Part shown: positions 1 to 15,357 of the stretch, in pieces | Numbering within the stretch: position 1 is the first letter of the stretch | Layout: each line of letters opens with the position of its first letter | Source of the DNA: Eledone cirrhosa | Lineage: Eukaryota | Assembly (NCBI GenBank): GCA_964016885.1 | Contig: OZ024745.1 | Coordinates: forward strand, 112,282,001-112,346,000 | Reading direction: 5' to 3' | Length of the DNA: 64,000 nt | The notes under the pieces: generated by a model | What the model was told of the DNA's origin: nothing | Seen by the model: the letters and a program-made list of their open reading frames with translations, nothing else | Database searches by the model: none | Translations under genes and position numbers: made by a program

Positions 1-31
<31 letters not shown>

Positions 32-259
32 TGTTTGCTCTCAGATTAGAGCAAACATCACGGGCACTCTATCTCAAAATTATTTTTGAAAAGCATTAGA
101 AATGCGCAACCGGTAAAACTTAAAACCAAAACTGAATACTAACCAATACTATTACTCATTTTTACTTATTCCTAATTAAACTATTTTCACTGGGAACAAT
201 TTGTCAGCATTTTCTTTTCCTTTTACCAATATATCATAACTCGTGTGTTACACCTCTAT

Positions 260-296
<37 letters not shown>

Positions 297-297
<1 letters not shown>

Positions 298-612
298 CGT
301 TTCTGAATTTGTTTAGCAAGATTCTTTATCTGAAATCGCGTGTTGAAACCGATATTGTTATACTTTGGGAGGGTCATGTTGCCAATAAGAAACACACGCA
401 CCAGTTGCTTTCACTTCAATTTATTATAATAAATTTATAAATTTATAAATTTCTGGTTGGTTGGTTGGTTGGACAATATATAAACAACTATCTGGTTGTG
501 GAACCAACGAACCAACCAGAAATTTATAAATTTATAAATTTATTATAATAAATTGAAGTGAAAGCAACTGGTGCGTGTGTTTCTTATTGGCAACATGACC
601 CTCCCAAAGTAT

Positions 613-620
<8 letters not shown>
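297..620. mobile_element. Fold-back element between (TA)n tracts: ~119-bp inverted arms plus a one-sided 55-bp extension
   Basis: 352-470 is the reverse complement of 502-620 (one mismatch near the loop, ~31-nt spacer); ORFs 243..440(+) and 532..726(-) end in the same peptide. No hammerhead core found. Confidence 0.75.
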
Positions 621-688
<68 letters not shown>

Positions 689-1096
689 TGAGAAATGAAA
701 TTTCGTTTCAGTCTATTCCATTCCATTTATCGTTTTCGGTGTGCCCGGTCGACTGAACTCACTCGATATGCAAATAAGGCTGCTCAGCCGTTAATATGCA
801 TAGGGAAAGTATATACTTTCAGACGTTCAACCATCTCGTAGGAAGGTATACGATGTTGACGATGGCTAATAAGCTTGGAACTAGTACATCGTTCCTGTGT
901 CAGTGTTGAACAAAAAGGTGACGTGGTTGCCTAAACACTGTACGGCGTAATTCGGGCTGTTTGTTTGTTTACAAACAAACAAACCGAGCGTTATAATGAA
1001 TGTTCGGTAAACCGATACGTGCATGTATATATGTGTGCATGTATGTATATATATACATACTACTGTACGTCTGTATACATATATGTATGTACGTAT

Positions 1097-1245
<149 letters not shown>

Positions 1246-1291
1246 CGTGTGTGTACGGTTGTCCTTCTTGTTCCTATAACCATGCCAACTA

Positions 1292-1329
1292 CGGGCTGAG
1301 GATCCGCTAAGGTGAAACAATTGTTCTCG
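1292..1329 (+). ncRNA. Minimal type I hammerhead ribozyme motif
   Basis: CGGG-CTGAGGA(1296-1302)-TCCgctaaGGT-GAA-ACAATTGT(palindromic stem III)-T-CTCG; stem I CGGG/CTCG with a further CCATGCC/GGTATGG helix; GUU cleavage triplet. Confidence 0.75.
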
Positions 1330-1424
1330 GTATGGTGAACTAACTGTTGTGTAACCACTGCTACTTATGTCGTCCCTTGGACTGAGTGCTCTACCACTAC
1401 GGATATTACCTTCCAGTGTTCCAC

Positions 1425-1472
<48 letters not shown>

Positions 1473-1806
1473 ATTATATATGTTCTGGCTCGTTAATTTA
1501 TTAACCTGCTATTGAACCACATTGGCATACGGTTGGATAATACATATGTTCCTATTCGTTTTTTGCGTGTAGGGATATATACTTTATTATTATTATTATT
1601 ATTCTACCCCTGGTCGAGATGAAGTCTAGTCATTTTGACTACTGCTATTTATAGTGGTAGTAACCTCCCTGCCTCTGCTTCTATCTTTGCACACGGCACT
1701 GGGCAGAATTGCTTCCACATCATTCATTCTCATCTCGGGAACAATTTTGAATAGCGCCAGTTCGTAATTTGAACTCGGGAATTTTATATTCTCCGAGTGA
1801 AAAGAA

Positions 1807-1892
1807 CCTTCTGACGAGAGTTTATCTTTTCAATGGAAGCCCGCAAGGACTTTCCATTTATTTTTGAGACTCGAAACCGATTCGGTAAAGGT
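1807..1892 (+). ncRNA. Type I hammerhead ribozyme with extended stem II
   Basis: ACCTT-CTGACGA(1812-1818)-GAGTTT...AGACTC-GAA-ACCGattCGGT-A-AAGGT; all three stems pair, GUA triplet, GCAA-capped hairpin inside loop II. It lies in a ~490-bp island (1471-1960) between (TA)n tracts. Confidence 0.9.
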
Positions 1893-2068
1893 AACCATAG
1901 TAAGTATAGTTAATTTTTTGAAATTTATTTTGAAACTTTTTCTTATTTGCTAAACCTTGATTATATATATATATATGGGCTATAGATTCCATACACTGGT
2001 GGTTTTTCCCTGTTTGATTAATGGCGCACTATCTCTCTCTCTGGTGTGTTATCTTTTCAACATATTGT

Positions 2069-2149
<81 letters not shown>

Positions 2150-2150
<1 letters not shown>

Positions 2151-2368
2151 ATATAGAAATGGCTTCTTCAGGACAAGAACTGTTTCATTCGAAGGAAATC
2201 ATTAGGGATTTCCTTATGATTTCCTTCGAAACAGTTTCTAGTCCTGTAGAAGCCATTTCTCTATATATGTATATAGGAAAATATTTTCCTATTCCGCACT
2301 CTACTGCCCTAAGTATTGAGTACTCTAGTGCGTTATGCTCCACCTGCTTCCTTACCACACTTCCTTCG

Positions 2369-2370
<2 letters not shown>
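2150..2370 (+). mobile_element. Fold-back hammerhead element, family A (decayed cores)
   Basis: Arms ~2154-2206 / 2212-2261 inverted, then a tail to 2370 ending TTCGTTA(TA)n; homologous to 9710-9891; cores mutated to CTAATGA and CTTATGA. Confidence 0.75.
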
Positions 2371-2446
<76 letters not shown>

Positions 2447-2837
2447 GCGTTTTTGTGAGTATATATATATGTGTGTGTATGTGTATTTCATTTCAGTTTT
2501 CAGCTCTTTCTTTTCGTTTCTTTATTATCTCAGTGCAAACAGCAGTATTATGAAAATAACATTCGCCTCGATGGAATATATTATGTAAACATAATGAACT
2601 TTATGTCAGATATTAAAATTGATATACTTGATTGCTACACTATTTTTATTCCCTTCAGTTACATTCAGAAATCATCGAATGCAGGATTGTGGGTGTATAT
2701 AGAAAAAGAGGAAAGTACCTTTTAACCAAATGTTTTGCTTTTGCTTTTTCTTATCATTCTCTGCACTCCATTCGATTGAATTTTTCAACATATTAATATG
2801 CACACACACACACACTCACACATGCACACACACACAG

Positions 2838-2927
<90 letters not shown>

Positions 2928-2982
2928 ATGCATACACACACACACGCACGCACAGACACACGCACATACACACACACATATA

Positions 2983-3065
2983 CAGAGTGTCCCCCCAAAA
3001 TGTAAATGTATACACACTCTGATCAGAATGCTATTGAAGTGTGTATACATTTTTCGGGGACACCA

Positions 3066-3066
<1 letters not shown>
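2983..3066. mobile_element. Short Tc1/mariner-type MITE remnant
   Basis: TA-CAGAGTGTCCCCCCAAAATGTA...TGTATACACACT versus AGTGTGTATACATTTTTCGGGGACACC form imperfect terminal inverted repeats. Confidence 0.55.
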
Positions 3067-3110
<44 letters not shown>

Positions 3111-3114
<4 letters not shown>

Positions 3115-3263
3115 GCACAGAGAGTGCTAAAAGGTACGTTATTCCGGGTTGAATCGGAGGTAACCACAGTAAGTAAGGTACTCAATACATAGCAGAGTAT
3201 AAAAGTTTTAATATAGATGAGATTCTACAGGACTAGAACTGTTTCATTCTTTAGAAATCATCA
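3111..3263 (-). mobile_element. Family A hammerhead element, single truncated arm plus tail
   Basis: Reverse complement of 9764-9890 (TTCTACAGGACTAGAACTGTTTCATTC...GAAATCATCA; GGTAACCACAGTAAGTAAGGTACTCAATACATAGCAGAGTA). Confidence 0.8.
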
Positions 3264-4149
3264 ATATATAAAGACAAGTGACAGGCTGTTTACTTCAGTT
3301 ACATAATACATAGTTTTGAACCATTTGTGCAATAATTTGCAAAACGTCAGGATGTTTTTTTCTTTCATGTGTTATTAGACTTGATTTTATGTCTCAATGG
3401 GCTGGAATATATATTTTTAATGTGAATATAATGCATGCTTTATGGTATTATTTTATATTGTATTAAATGTCAGGTCAACCGCTTTTTTTACGTTTCTTTT
3501 TATGTATTAAGAACTCCGTGAAATGTATTCCCAAAGTTGGTCTCTGAATATGCCTCCTCTGTTTCCCCATAATGATTTAATAATTTCTTCTCACTTATCA
3601 TCCCAATTTTTCTTTAGCTATCACCCTCTTTATTTTGTATGTGGCTATCTCCTGCTTCTTTGCTACCAACACAGTGTTTAATCTGCTACCACCTCCTACT
3701 TCCACTCACCTGCCTCTTATCTTTCATCCTTTGTATTTCCGTTTCCTCTAGCTTTCTATATCTCCACTCTATCTCTTTTAGTCCCTTCTTAACTCTCAAT
3801 CTTTATGCTTTGATTCATTTTAAAATAAAATTGTCTTCGTATTATCATGGTAGGACAGAACAATCTATTATATCTACCAATACTTAACTGGTAATTATTT
3901 CCTAGACACATGAGAGGTGAAATCATTAATTATGTCACCAGAAAAACCATCTCACACTTATAAAGTTCACAATTCTCTTATCTCTTCCGATTAAATTTAG
4001 TGCCATTTTGACCTCTCTTATTGTCACACTCACCCTCAGATTATCTTACGTCTACTCTCCTGCTTATTCTTGCCTCTTTTATTCTTTGTATGTCCCTTCA
4101 CTAATTATTTCTATCTTTCGAATTCTATATATCTCCTATTCTTTCAATT

Positions 4150-4360
4150 AATAATGGTTTCTAATTTAGCCAACAATTTTGAGGAAAGAGGAAAGTCGAT
4201 TAAATCGACCCCAGTGCATTACTGATATTTTATTTTATCGACCACTTAAGGATGAAAGGCAAAGTTAACCTCAACAGGATTTGAACTCAGATCGTAAAAG
4301 GGTGTAACTCTATGCCATAAGGCATGTTGTTCGACGCTCTACTGATACTGTCACTCCACT
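4150..4360 (-). mobile_element. tRNA-derived SINE (dominant family S)
   Basis: GGATGAAAGGCAAAGTTAACCTC...GATTTGAACTCAG block shared with >20 copies in the window; B box GAGTTCAAATCC on the minus strand. Confidence 0.85.
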
Positions 4361-4567
4361 TGACTGTTGATCAATTTGCTTTGTTTGTCTATTGATATAT
4401 TCTGTAATTCAAATTAGACACTCAGAGTTCATATTTGTGTAATTCTTTTACATTGCAACTACAATCCTATTTAAAGAAACATCTCTTTACTTGCAATCTA
4501 AAACAGCATTTTCTTCTTTGTATAAATGATGTTTACATCAATAATACCACGGAAAATATTCCTCACA

Positions 4568-4585
4568 CAGCGCCATCTGCTGCCA
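4568..4585 (-). promoter_or_regulatory. Candidate CTCF binding site
   Basis: Minus strand TGGCAGCAGATGGCGCTG matches the core CCASYAGRKGGCRS at 13 of 14 positions, in non-repetitive sequence. Confidence 0.4.
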
Positions 4586-5212
4586 AAGGCAAGGTAGATT
4601 TATTTAATGGCGTCAAAAAACAGATAAACGGTCATTGTATGTTGCTAGTGGTCGATTTTCCAAACTATGGAAGCCCCGCAGTACATTTTATTTGTAAGTT
4701 TAAAAATATTGTACATCTTGAACTGCTGTCATGAATGTGCGAAATGTCTAAGAGTATGATACAACTGCATAAAGCTGGGATTCATCTCAATTCTTAATTT
4801 CATTTCTTTATTATTTCTATGTTTTGGCTTTCCATATTTCCTTATTGGCTTTACTTTATTGTTGTTATTGTTATTTGCTGACCCAGTGTGAGTGTGTGTC
4901 TGTGAAACATATATACACCAGGTTCGAACACAAAGGAACCAACACCCCACTGTCACTGCCTCCGTCTCTCCCGCTCTCCCGCTCTCCCCATCTCTCACTA
5001 TTATGAGCAATTGGGGGCCCACGAGCTGGCACCTCAGCGGAATGTAAACCAATATTACCGCCCGGGCCCGGCAAATGATGGATACGGAGATTGTATCAAT
5101 AACTGTTTGCTCTTTCTGTCTCAAGTTGGTGTTTATAATGTCAAATACACACACTCTCTCTCTCAAACACAAAGACACACAGACGCATACACACTGTCAC
5201 ACACACACACAC

Positions 5213-5326
<114 letters not shown>

Positions 5327-5597
5327 CACACACAAAAAGACACACAAACACACACACACAAACGTACAATCACCCATTGCTGTTGCAACTATATGCAATG
5401 GATCTAACCTATAAAACATACACACATATGTTTAAGCACACACACATACACACACGCGCGCACGCAAACATACACTCACACATACATATATGAGGGGGTG
5501 CACGCGCATGCGTGTGCATGTGTGTGTGGGCTGTTGCAACAATATGCATCGAATCTAACCTATCAAATGTACACACGTATATTTAAACGCACGTATG

Positions 5598-5670
<73 letters not shown>

Positions 5671-6230
5671 CCACACTGAATAGTGTTGAAAACCATACCA
5701 ATGCGGTATTAATAAAAGAGACTTTTTCAAAACAATTTCTTTTTAAATTTTGCCCACAGAAAGTTCTTTTTAGAAATTGCAATTGAAATAGAGAAAGACA
5801 GAAAGAACATATCTGAAGAAAATTTAATAGAATATTTAAAATAATAAAAAAAAAAGAAAAAAGAAAACTTTATTTTATAAAATCGCTATTGTTATGATTA
5901 TAAAATCGTTTTGTTCAGTTTGATTGATACAATACTTCAAAATAACCCGAAACACCACTTTAATGCTATTTACATCTAGTCAGTTAAGTTTGTGTGTATG
6001 TTCAATTGACTGACTGACAAGTTTCAACATCTCTGTTGAAAACTACACGAAACAGAACATTTGTCGGTCATCTGTCATGAACGCTATGATCTTGATTGCC
6101 GAGTCAGAAATAAATGAATAAATAAAAGAAAAAACGTAGTAGCGTCTTTATTTTACGATTCAACGATATATATCAACTTATTGCGGATAACTAACGTCCA
6201 GACCACTGATTGGTGGGAAATATCTATGTA

Positions 6231-6440
6231 CAGTGTGTTCGCTTTTTACGAGAAGATGCGTTTGTGAATGCGGCGCGTAGAGCAAATTCGCGTAATTCAA
6301 GTCTATTATTTCTGATAAATAAAAAAAAAATTAAAAAACACACGCGTTATTTGCGCAAAGTGAATATTTAATAATATTTTTTCAAGACGCGTTAAAGCGA
6401 ATTCGCGTACTTCAAGTTCGCGTAAAAAGCGAACAGACTG
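6231..6440. mobile_element. pogo/Tigger-type MITE
   Basis: TIRs CAGTGTGTTCGCTTTTTACG / CGTAAAAAGCGAACAGACTG (1 mismatch in 20), flanked by TA on both sides; internal TTCGCGTA repeats. Confidence 0.9.
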
Positions 6441-6939
6441 TACTGTTTCAATTCGAATATTTTAATATTGGTTTCTTGCTTCTGCAGAATATCGTGGAAT
6501 GGGGAGATCACTCGTTGTCCAATGTTACATGTAGAGTGAAAGGAACTAAAGTAAAAGCTTTGACAGAAAGCCGCTGATATTTTTGTATTTTCTTCATTAC
6601 AAATTTTCATTATTTTTCTTTCTCTGTTCCAATGTAATTCTTTAAAAGGATTCTCTAAGGTGGAAAATTTAAACGAAAAATAACAAACCTTGTTTATTAA
6701 AACAGCATTGTTATAACTTGATTGTTTCCGTTCAGTTCCATTGATACAATGATTCAAAATAAAACGAAACACCACTTTAACTCAACACATTTCATCTGAA
6801 AAGTCTCTGCTGTTCCCCTTGCAAAAATAAAGAGAGGCTGGTCTGACTGAGAAATGTTTGTTATATGGTTGCTACGCCATCTTAATACCGCTTCTCTGAA
6901 AAAGTGTCAACTGAAAGGAGAACAATAAGCTATTCTCAA

Positions 6940-7095
6940 TTTTGCTACAAAGATGTCTCATTAGAGACATGAAGGTCCTTGACATCGTCATCATCATCAT
7001 CATCATCATCATCATCAAGTGCTGTGAGACATTTGTAGCTGACAACATGCGATGGAGAAGTACTCTGTATCAACATCTACAGAAAGTGTAACAAA
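6940..7095 (+). pseudogene. Possible decayed RTE-clade LINE 3' fragment
   Basis: Translates in pieces to KDV / RDMKVLDI / ETFVADNMRWRSTL, resembling the RTE C-terminal KRD.K...I..W...A.DR..WR pattern; interrupted by (CAT)n. Confidence 0.35.
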
Positions 7096-7325
7096 GTATT
7101 CTCTCCACACTGTGAGGATGTACCTCTCTGAAGAGTGACTGCCAGTTTCGTTTTTCGATTCTTCAATCTATGATATTTCTTGTGAGCTCTTGTTTGCATG
7201 TAGGAGATTGTATTTTCTCTGAATAATATAGGGAATCATTTTATTGTAGGAGATATTTTTACCTTGCTGTTATTGGTTGGGCTTAAGAGACAATAGTGCT
7301 AGGTGGTCTTTATTCAATTGTATTG

Positions 7326-7379
<54 letters not shown>

Positions 7380-7852
7380 AGGTAGGACAGGCTCACGCAA
7401 ACGTTTGTTTGGACGTACGCCTGGATAAAATCATGTGGTCAAGCAGGGTGTAAAATAGAGAGGTATTGAAGCGTGAGTTAATACCTAGACAAATATATGG
7501 AACACATTGTGTATGTAATTAATAGAGAATGTGTCTCCGTGTAACTAATTTATCGTAATTGATGAAAGTGTAAAGGAATAGTACGGCGAATATAGAGCAA
7601 ACCTTAATCGATGGAGAACACACGCACACATACACCCACATACACACACACCTACACTTACACACACATTTACACACACATTTACACATACATACACACA
7701 CATACGCGCACACACACACACTCACACACACACATACACACACATTTACACACACATACACACACACACCTACACTTACACGCACATTTACACATACATA
7801 CACACACATACGCACACACACTCACTTACACGTACATTTACATGCACACACA

Positions 7853-7944
<92 letters not shown>

Positions 7945-8951
7945 CTCAAACATATATACACGCAAACTAAAAAAAACCCAAATCAAAGCATAAAACGAGA
8001 AAAAACATGGATATAATTTCAGATGCTAATTATTAGCGTAATTAATTTAGCTTCTGTTACTTTCTATTTATGGAAGTACGTGTGAATATTGGTGTGTGTG
8101 TGAGTATGTGTGTGTGTTGTGTCTGAGTGTGTGTGTGTGAGTGAATGTACACATGTGATCTTACGTGTGTAAGTGGGTAAGTACCTATTTGCACATGTCT
8201 GCCTACGTTTCTGTATGTCGGTGTAAGTGAGCGTGTATGCGTGTGTTTGTATGTGTTAGGTGTATTTACACATGTACTGTATATACGTCTACATACATAT
8301 ATTTGTGTAGGCTTTGTTTTTTGTTGATATTGACAGGAATATTGGTAATATATTTCTGTTTTCTGTACAGGTACAGACATACTAAGACACATAAATATTC
8401 ATGATGGTAGATTTTAGTGTTAAAACTTAACACGGTATAGAGATCTTATTAACGAAAAGACCAACCACACACTCACACACTCACACATACACTAACGTAT
8501 ATATATATACGTTAGTGTTAGTGTATATATATATATATTAATTCCAAATATTAACAAAATAGATATTCTTGTGATCAATTATATTTTATTATATTTCAGA
8601 GGTACTGAATTAAGTTCAACAGTACGTCCTAATCAGATAAAATAAAATGATATATGACATACTCTGACATGGTAGATGGTTAAGATTTAAACAAGGTAGT
8701 GATTAACTTATGCCAAAATTCAATATTTATACCCTAATATTGAGAACATGAGAAAACGTAATACAATCAATAGAGAGAGTGTGAGTAATATATTTTAAGA
8801 AATACATGGCATCAATATAACAGTTATATAATTTTTAATATTTAAAAACTAGTTGAGAAATAGGAGGGAGAGGAAAGCATAGAGGAAGAAGTAGCTGATG
8901 TTATAACTTATTTAGTATTTAGCTTGAGAAGACAGATGATGAGAGATGATT

Positions 8952-9050
<99 letters not shown>

Positions 9051-9051
9051 A

Positions 9052-9210
9052 AGGAAAAGAACTAAAAAATGCAACTGGAGTCTTTTTAATATTTATTTAT
9101 ACAAAATAAGTATTCTTAAAAAGACTCCAGTTGAATTTTCGATTTTCTTTCCTTATACTTTCACCTGTGTACGACATCTCGTTTTTTTATTTACAAAAAT
9201 TTCATTTCCT
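9052..9210. repeat. Imperfect fold-back with one-sided extension between (GA)n and (TC)n
   Basis: CAACTGGAGTCTTTTTAA (9072-9089) is the reverse complement of TTAAAAAGACTCCAGTTG (9116-9133); weaker pairing extends outward. Confidence 0.65.
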
Positions 9211-9239
9211 TCTCTCTCTCTCTATATATATATAATAAG

Positions 9240-9458
9240 GATCGATCGACTTTCGTCAAATCGGACCGAGGAAACAATGTTTCCGTTGGCCTTTCCAGTT
9301 GCTAGTACTATCTATCTGTCACAACTCCAGGTAGAAGGAGCAACGTGAAATAAAGTGTCTTGCTCAAGGACATAACGCATCGCCTGGTCTAACCTCAAGA
9401 TTGTCCAACCTCAAGATTGCGAATCGAATTCTCTAACCACTCAGCCACACGCCTTCAC
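9240..9458 (-). mobile_element. tRNA-derived SINE, second family
   Basis: Minus strand begins GTGAAGGCGTGTGGCTGAGTGGTTAGAG (A-box-like) and contains TCCTTGAGCAAGACACTTTATTTCACGTTGCTCC. Confidence 0.7.
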
Positions 9459-9589
<131 letters not shown>

Positions 9590-9590
9590 G

Positions 9591-9976
<386 letters not shown>

Positions 9977-11065
9977 ATATCTTCCTTCCTTATACACACA
10001 CATTGTGTGACGGACGAAAGTCGCTCAAATTTATATATAGCAGGTTTGATATCAGTAGTTTGGGAAAATCCATAGACCGTCGGCTCTAATGCGATGCAAT
10101 ATTTATTGCGGCTCTATATGACCCGAGTTCAGTTAACACCCTTTTATCGTTATATATCAACCCTTTCGGGGTTGCTATATAACATACTAGGCTCAGCCAT
10201 TACTGGTACAGCCCCGCTCCCTCCTGGATGAAGAGTGGGTGAGCTGAAAAAGTATATGTGCTTGTTACTATATTGGCACCTAAAACCAGTAGCGAAACTA
10301 GTAGCAGAAGGATGTAACTTAATACCAGAAGACATCTTTATCCAGTGTTCTATCAATACCTCTACTTCATCATTATTTATTGAAATAATAATAATAAAAC
10401 AACTAATAATCAAATTATTATGAAAACATTTTATGTTCCACAACAACTAGACATCTCATTATACTAGACTTTCTGTTTACAATAGAATATCGATTTCCTG
10501 TTATTTTCTCGTTTACAATTCTCTTTTACAGTATTCAAAGCAGATGACTTAGGGGAAAGCAAAACAAAACGAAACAAAATAAACAAACAATAAGATAAAA
10601 TAAAATAAAACAAAACAGAATAAAAATAACTATATAAATAAAAATAACAGAGTTACTTCTGAAACCGATCTCCAAGAGATCCAGCGAAACGCAATTCAGT
10701 GTGTCGAGATTCGCTGCTAGAAAGTTACAAGTCAGTCGATTAGTTTTTATTATTCCATTTCCTACTCCTTTTTGTTAACAAACTGTTTTTGATAGCTAAA
10801 TAGTCTTCGTAAGTTTAGTACACAATGTGAGGTAAATACAATGTTTAAAAGCCTTTAACCCTTCCATGATAAATGGGCAGTAGATCTACCGATATTTCAG
10901 TTTTGTTGTTAGGTAGAAATAAGAGTCTATCTCTTTAAGAGAACCGAATAGTGGGAAGGAAGGATCTATAGACACAGTATGGTATTTGATAATGTATTTT
11001 AAATGTTCTATGTTCAAATCATACACAACGTCTTTGCTGTTCTTCCACATACGACAGACTGTAGT

Positions 11066-11141
<76 letters not shown>

Positions 11142-11484
11142 TATGTGTATGTGTGCGTACGTGTGCGTACATATATACATATGTATATTGTACCTTTTGA
11201 TTTTTATTGTAATTTTAATATTGGTAAAGGTATATTATATTATATTATATTGTATTATATATAATTCCTGCTCTATATAACCACCTTTGTTTAGCTCTAG
11301 GGTTTTTTTTTGCTTTGGACTATATTTGTAATATGGTTCTAAATGTTATACACCTCCTTAGTGATTTTTATTATATATTTTTATTATATATTTTTACCCA
11401 TAATCTTGCAATACTTTAGTGTATGTACACTCCATATTCTTCGGAGTTTCCGGCTTGTATTGGCCGATAATACTTCTTGTTGTT

Positions 11485-11535
11485 TTAATTGCCCTGATGA
11501 GTCCTTAATAGGACGAAACATTGTTGGCTAATAAA
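11485..11535 (+). ncRNA. Minimal type I hammerhead ribozyme followed by AATAAA
   Basis: GCC-CTGATGA(11494-11500)-GTCCTtaatAGGAC-GAA-ACAtTGT-T-GGC then AATAAA (11530-11535); within an island ~11190-11680 bounded by TA repeats. Confidence 0.88.
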
Positions 11536-11710
11536 GACTTTTGATGTATTGAAGGCTTCTTTGTTTTACTTTCATAATTCTTCGGCTCTGTTTAATTACA
11601 TTGAGCTATACCTTTTACTGTCATTTCTATAATACGAAGAGGGTGTTTAACTCCAACACGCTCCAGTATTTTAACCCTTATATATATATATAGGAACCAC
11701 ATTTTCTTCG

Positions 11711-11767
<57 letters not shown>

Positions 11768-12115
11768 CAATATCGGTGAAAGCTTTTTAGCGATACTCCG
11801 GCCAAATTCCAACTCACTTAACAAACATTAGGAAATAAGTGAGTATATTCCTAACTAAGCGTTCGGGGTGCTAACTAAAAGTATTGCGTGGAAAATTGGC
11901 TGTATTATTTCATATGAATATATATATATATGCATGCATGTATGTATGTATGTATGTATGTATGTATGTATGTATGTATGTATGTATGTATGTATGTATG
12001 TATGTATGTATGTATGTGTGTGTGTGCGGGCGTGTTGTTTTAGGCGAATTGCAGCGTCACAAAAAAACGCTGTATCTGACTATGATACCCCTACAACTCC
12101 ATAAGGAATAACGGG

Positions 12116-12168
<53 letters not shown>

Positions 12169-12190
12169 CACACAACACACACACACACAC

Positions 12191-12280
<90 letters not shown>

Positions 12281-12520
12281 CACACACACATATATATAGT
12301 ATCAGCAGAAATGTTCACAGTTACATATGACGAACAGTCATCTGCATCCATCTTTCGTCAGCCACCTTGCTGGCAAGCAGTTTCGCACATTAAATTGTAA
12401 AAATGTAGCTCTCTGTTCGTCTTATGTAACTGTGTAGATTTTTCTGCTGATACTATATTTATAACGCTCATACGTGCTATTTTTGTTTGTTTTCGTTTGC
12501 ATGTTATTTTGTTTATTTCC

Positions 12521-13024
<504 letters not shown>

Positions 13025-13605
13025 TTGTATGTATAGTATATTTGGCAATATACTGTATAAATATATATAAACATACAAATGCATACATGTCTATATACAT
13101 ATATATGAATATACATTGCATGTTTATGCGATCGTATTCCGAAGATCGTATTACCGAAGATTCTTTCCTAAGACATTCTAACCACATATTAAATCTTAAA
13201 TAAGAATAAGAAAATGAATCAGTGAAAGCTCAATGTTGTTTAACTACAATGAAGCTGCAACCATTACGTCACAAATTCGTACTCATAATTAATATCTCGA
13301 GTATTACGGTTAAAATAAAAGTTTTTTTTTAACGCATTGTTGGGTGTTGGAAGAAACTTATATTAATTGCTGTTTTGTCTTAATACTTGAGGCTGTTATT
13401 GGCCAAAAGTCACTAGGTTGTTGGATGCTTCGATAGTTGTTCCGGTTTACTGCGCGTTGAGTTCAAATATCGCCGAGTTGTTTATCTCACACACACACAC
13501 AACACTCTCTCTCTCTCTTTCTCACACACTCCAACACACACTCTCTCTCTCTTTCCCTTTCTTTCTGTCTGTTTGTCTGTCTCTCTCTCTCTCTCTCGCT
13601 TTCGG

Positions 13606-13729
13606 CGGAGGAGGAGGAGGAGGAGGAGAAGAAGAAGAAGAAGAAGAAGAAGAAGAAGAAGAAGAAGAAGAAGAAGAAGAAGAAGAAGAAGAAGAAGAAG
13701 AAGAAGAAGACGACGACGACGACGAGGAC
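13606..13729. repeat. (GGA)n(GAA)n(GAC)n trinucleotide microsatellite
   Basis: Directly visible; source of the poly-G/E/D and poly-F ORFs. Confidence 0.95.
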
Positions 13730-15149
13730 TAAAGATGCATTTTTTTTAATTCGGAAAGTTTTCAAGCAGATGAGTTTTCATATATTCTTGGACGTGTAAG
13801 TATCTGACATTTTGAGTTCTATAATAAATCCTTACCACTACTATCACTACAAACAGCGCTTTTATTTTCAACAAAGGTTAAGAGAAGTTTAAATTGGACA
13901 GTGGTGAAGAAAAGGACTCGTACCATTGAATAGTTGAACCGTTCATTATAAACTCAAACACTGATTGCCTCAGTAAAGCAAATCTTCAGATTATCTCTTA
14001 GAAAATTATTGTCACTATTTCCCCTAGCTTGCAAGACATCTGTTACATATGAAAACACTCTAATGCATTAGGCATTAACAGTGAAACTAGCAATTTTGCT
14101 GCTGGGATATTCAATTCTTTGCTTTTAGGATGATGATTACAGCTTTTAAAAACAAGAAGTAACTGATTTAAAAACAGCCTTTATACTTGTGCTGTAAGTA
14201 TCCTGATTGAATGAATGCTCGACCAAAAACGACTCGGAAACAAATTATATATACTTAACACTCTATATTCGGTTACTTTTTAATTTTATTGCTTGCCTAT
14301 ATTAGCTGTGCTGCTTGTCTTATCTTGTGTAAATTATGAAACCTATGAAGCCAAATTTCTATGTACGTGTATGCACCACGTTACGTCTTACGGTTATAAT
14401 GAAATCTTATTCAATGTCCTCATGAATTATATATATATATACACACACATACATATACATGCTGCACAAGTACACACTTATGCACACACACACTATCTCT
14501 CTCATACACACATACACACATAGATATATATATATATATGTATCATCAGAAAATGCACACCGAAAAATAGTTGCATAAGACAAACAGACAACTGCATCTG
14601 CACCTCGTCAGCCACTTATTAGCGTTTAAGTTTACACACACACACACACACACTCTCACGCACACATACACACACATACACACACGCACACACGCACACA
14701 AACACTCACACACACACTCACACACACAAACAGATATATATATATCAAATCAATGGAAAATTCAAACTTCTTTGACTAGACATCCTGACAATTTTTGTTG
14801 AAATGTAAATATTGAGCCTAATATATTACTGGTATATATTTTCATTTGCGATAAGAAGGAGGAGTTGATTTAAACAGGATTTGAACTCATAATATAGAGT
14901 GACAAAGCTAAATACTTTACGACAAATATTTTAACCACATAATTACGGCATATTTGAGTGCTGTGTCAGGTTGGCAGGCGTGAAGCGAGATTCTGAGGTA
15001 CAGCTTAAGTTACTCAATATATAAAAAAGAGTGTTTTAAATGTATATCATCGTTGCATGTGTATTCATTTGCATCAAAGTGCAATGTGTGCAGTTCTATA
15101 TGTTTTAAGATAATTTCAATACTCGTATTATTTTAAAATAATTGTTTAT

Positions 15150-15357
15150 ATATATTTGGCACAAGGCCAGCAATTTGAACGAGGGAGAAAGTCAATTAAA
15201 TCGAACACAGTGCTTTATTGGTGTTTTATTTTATCGACCCCGTAAAGATGAAAGACAAAGCTAACCTTCGTGAGATTTGAAAGAACGTAATGAGACATAA
15301 CTCTATGCTGCAAAGAATGTTGCCTGACACTCTACCAATAGTGCCAATCTACCGGCT
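15150..15357 (-). mobile_element. SINE family S, diverged copy
   Basis: GGCACAAGGCCAGCAAT...TTTTATCGACCCCGTAAAGATGAAAGACAAAG...GCCAATCTACCG. Confidence 0.8.
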
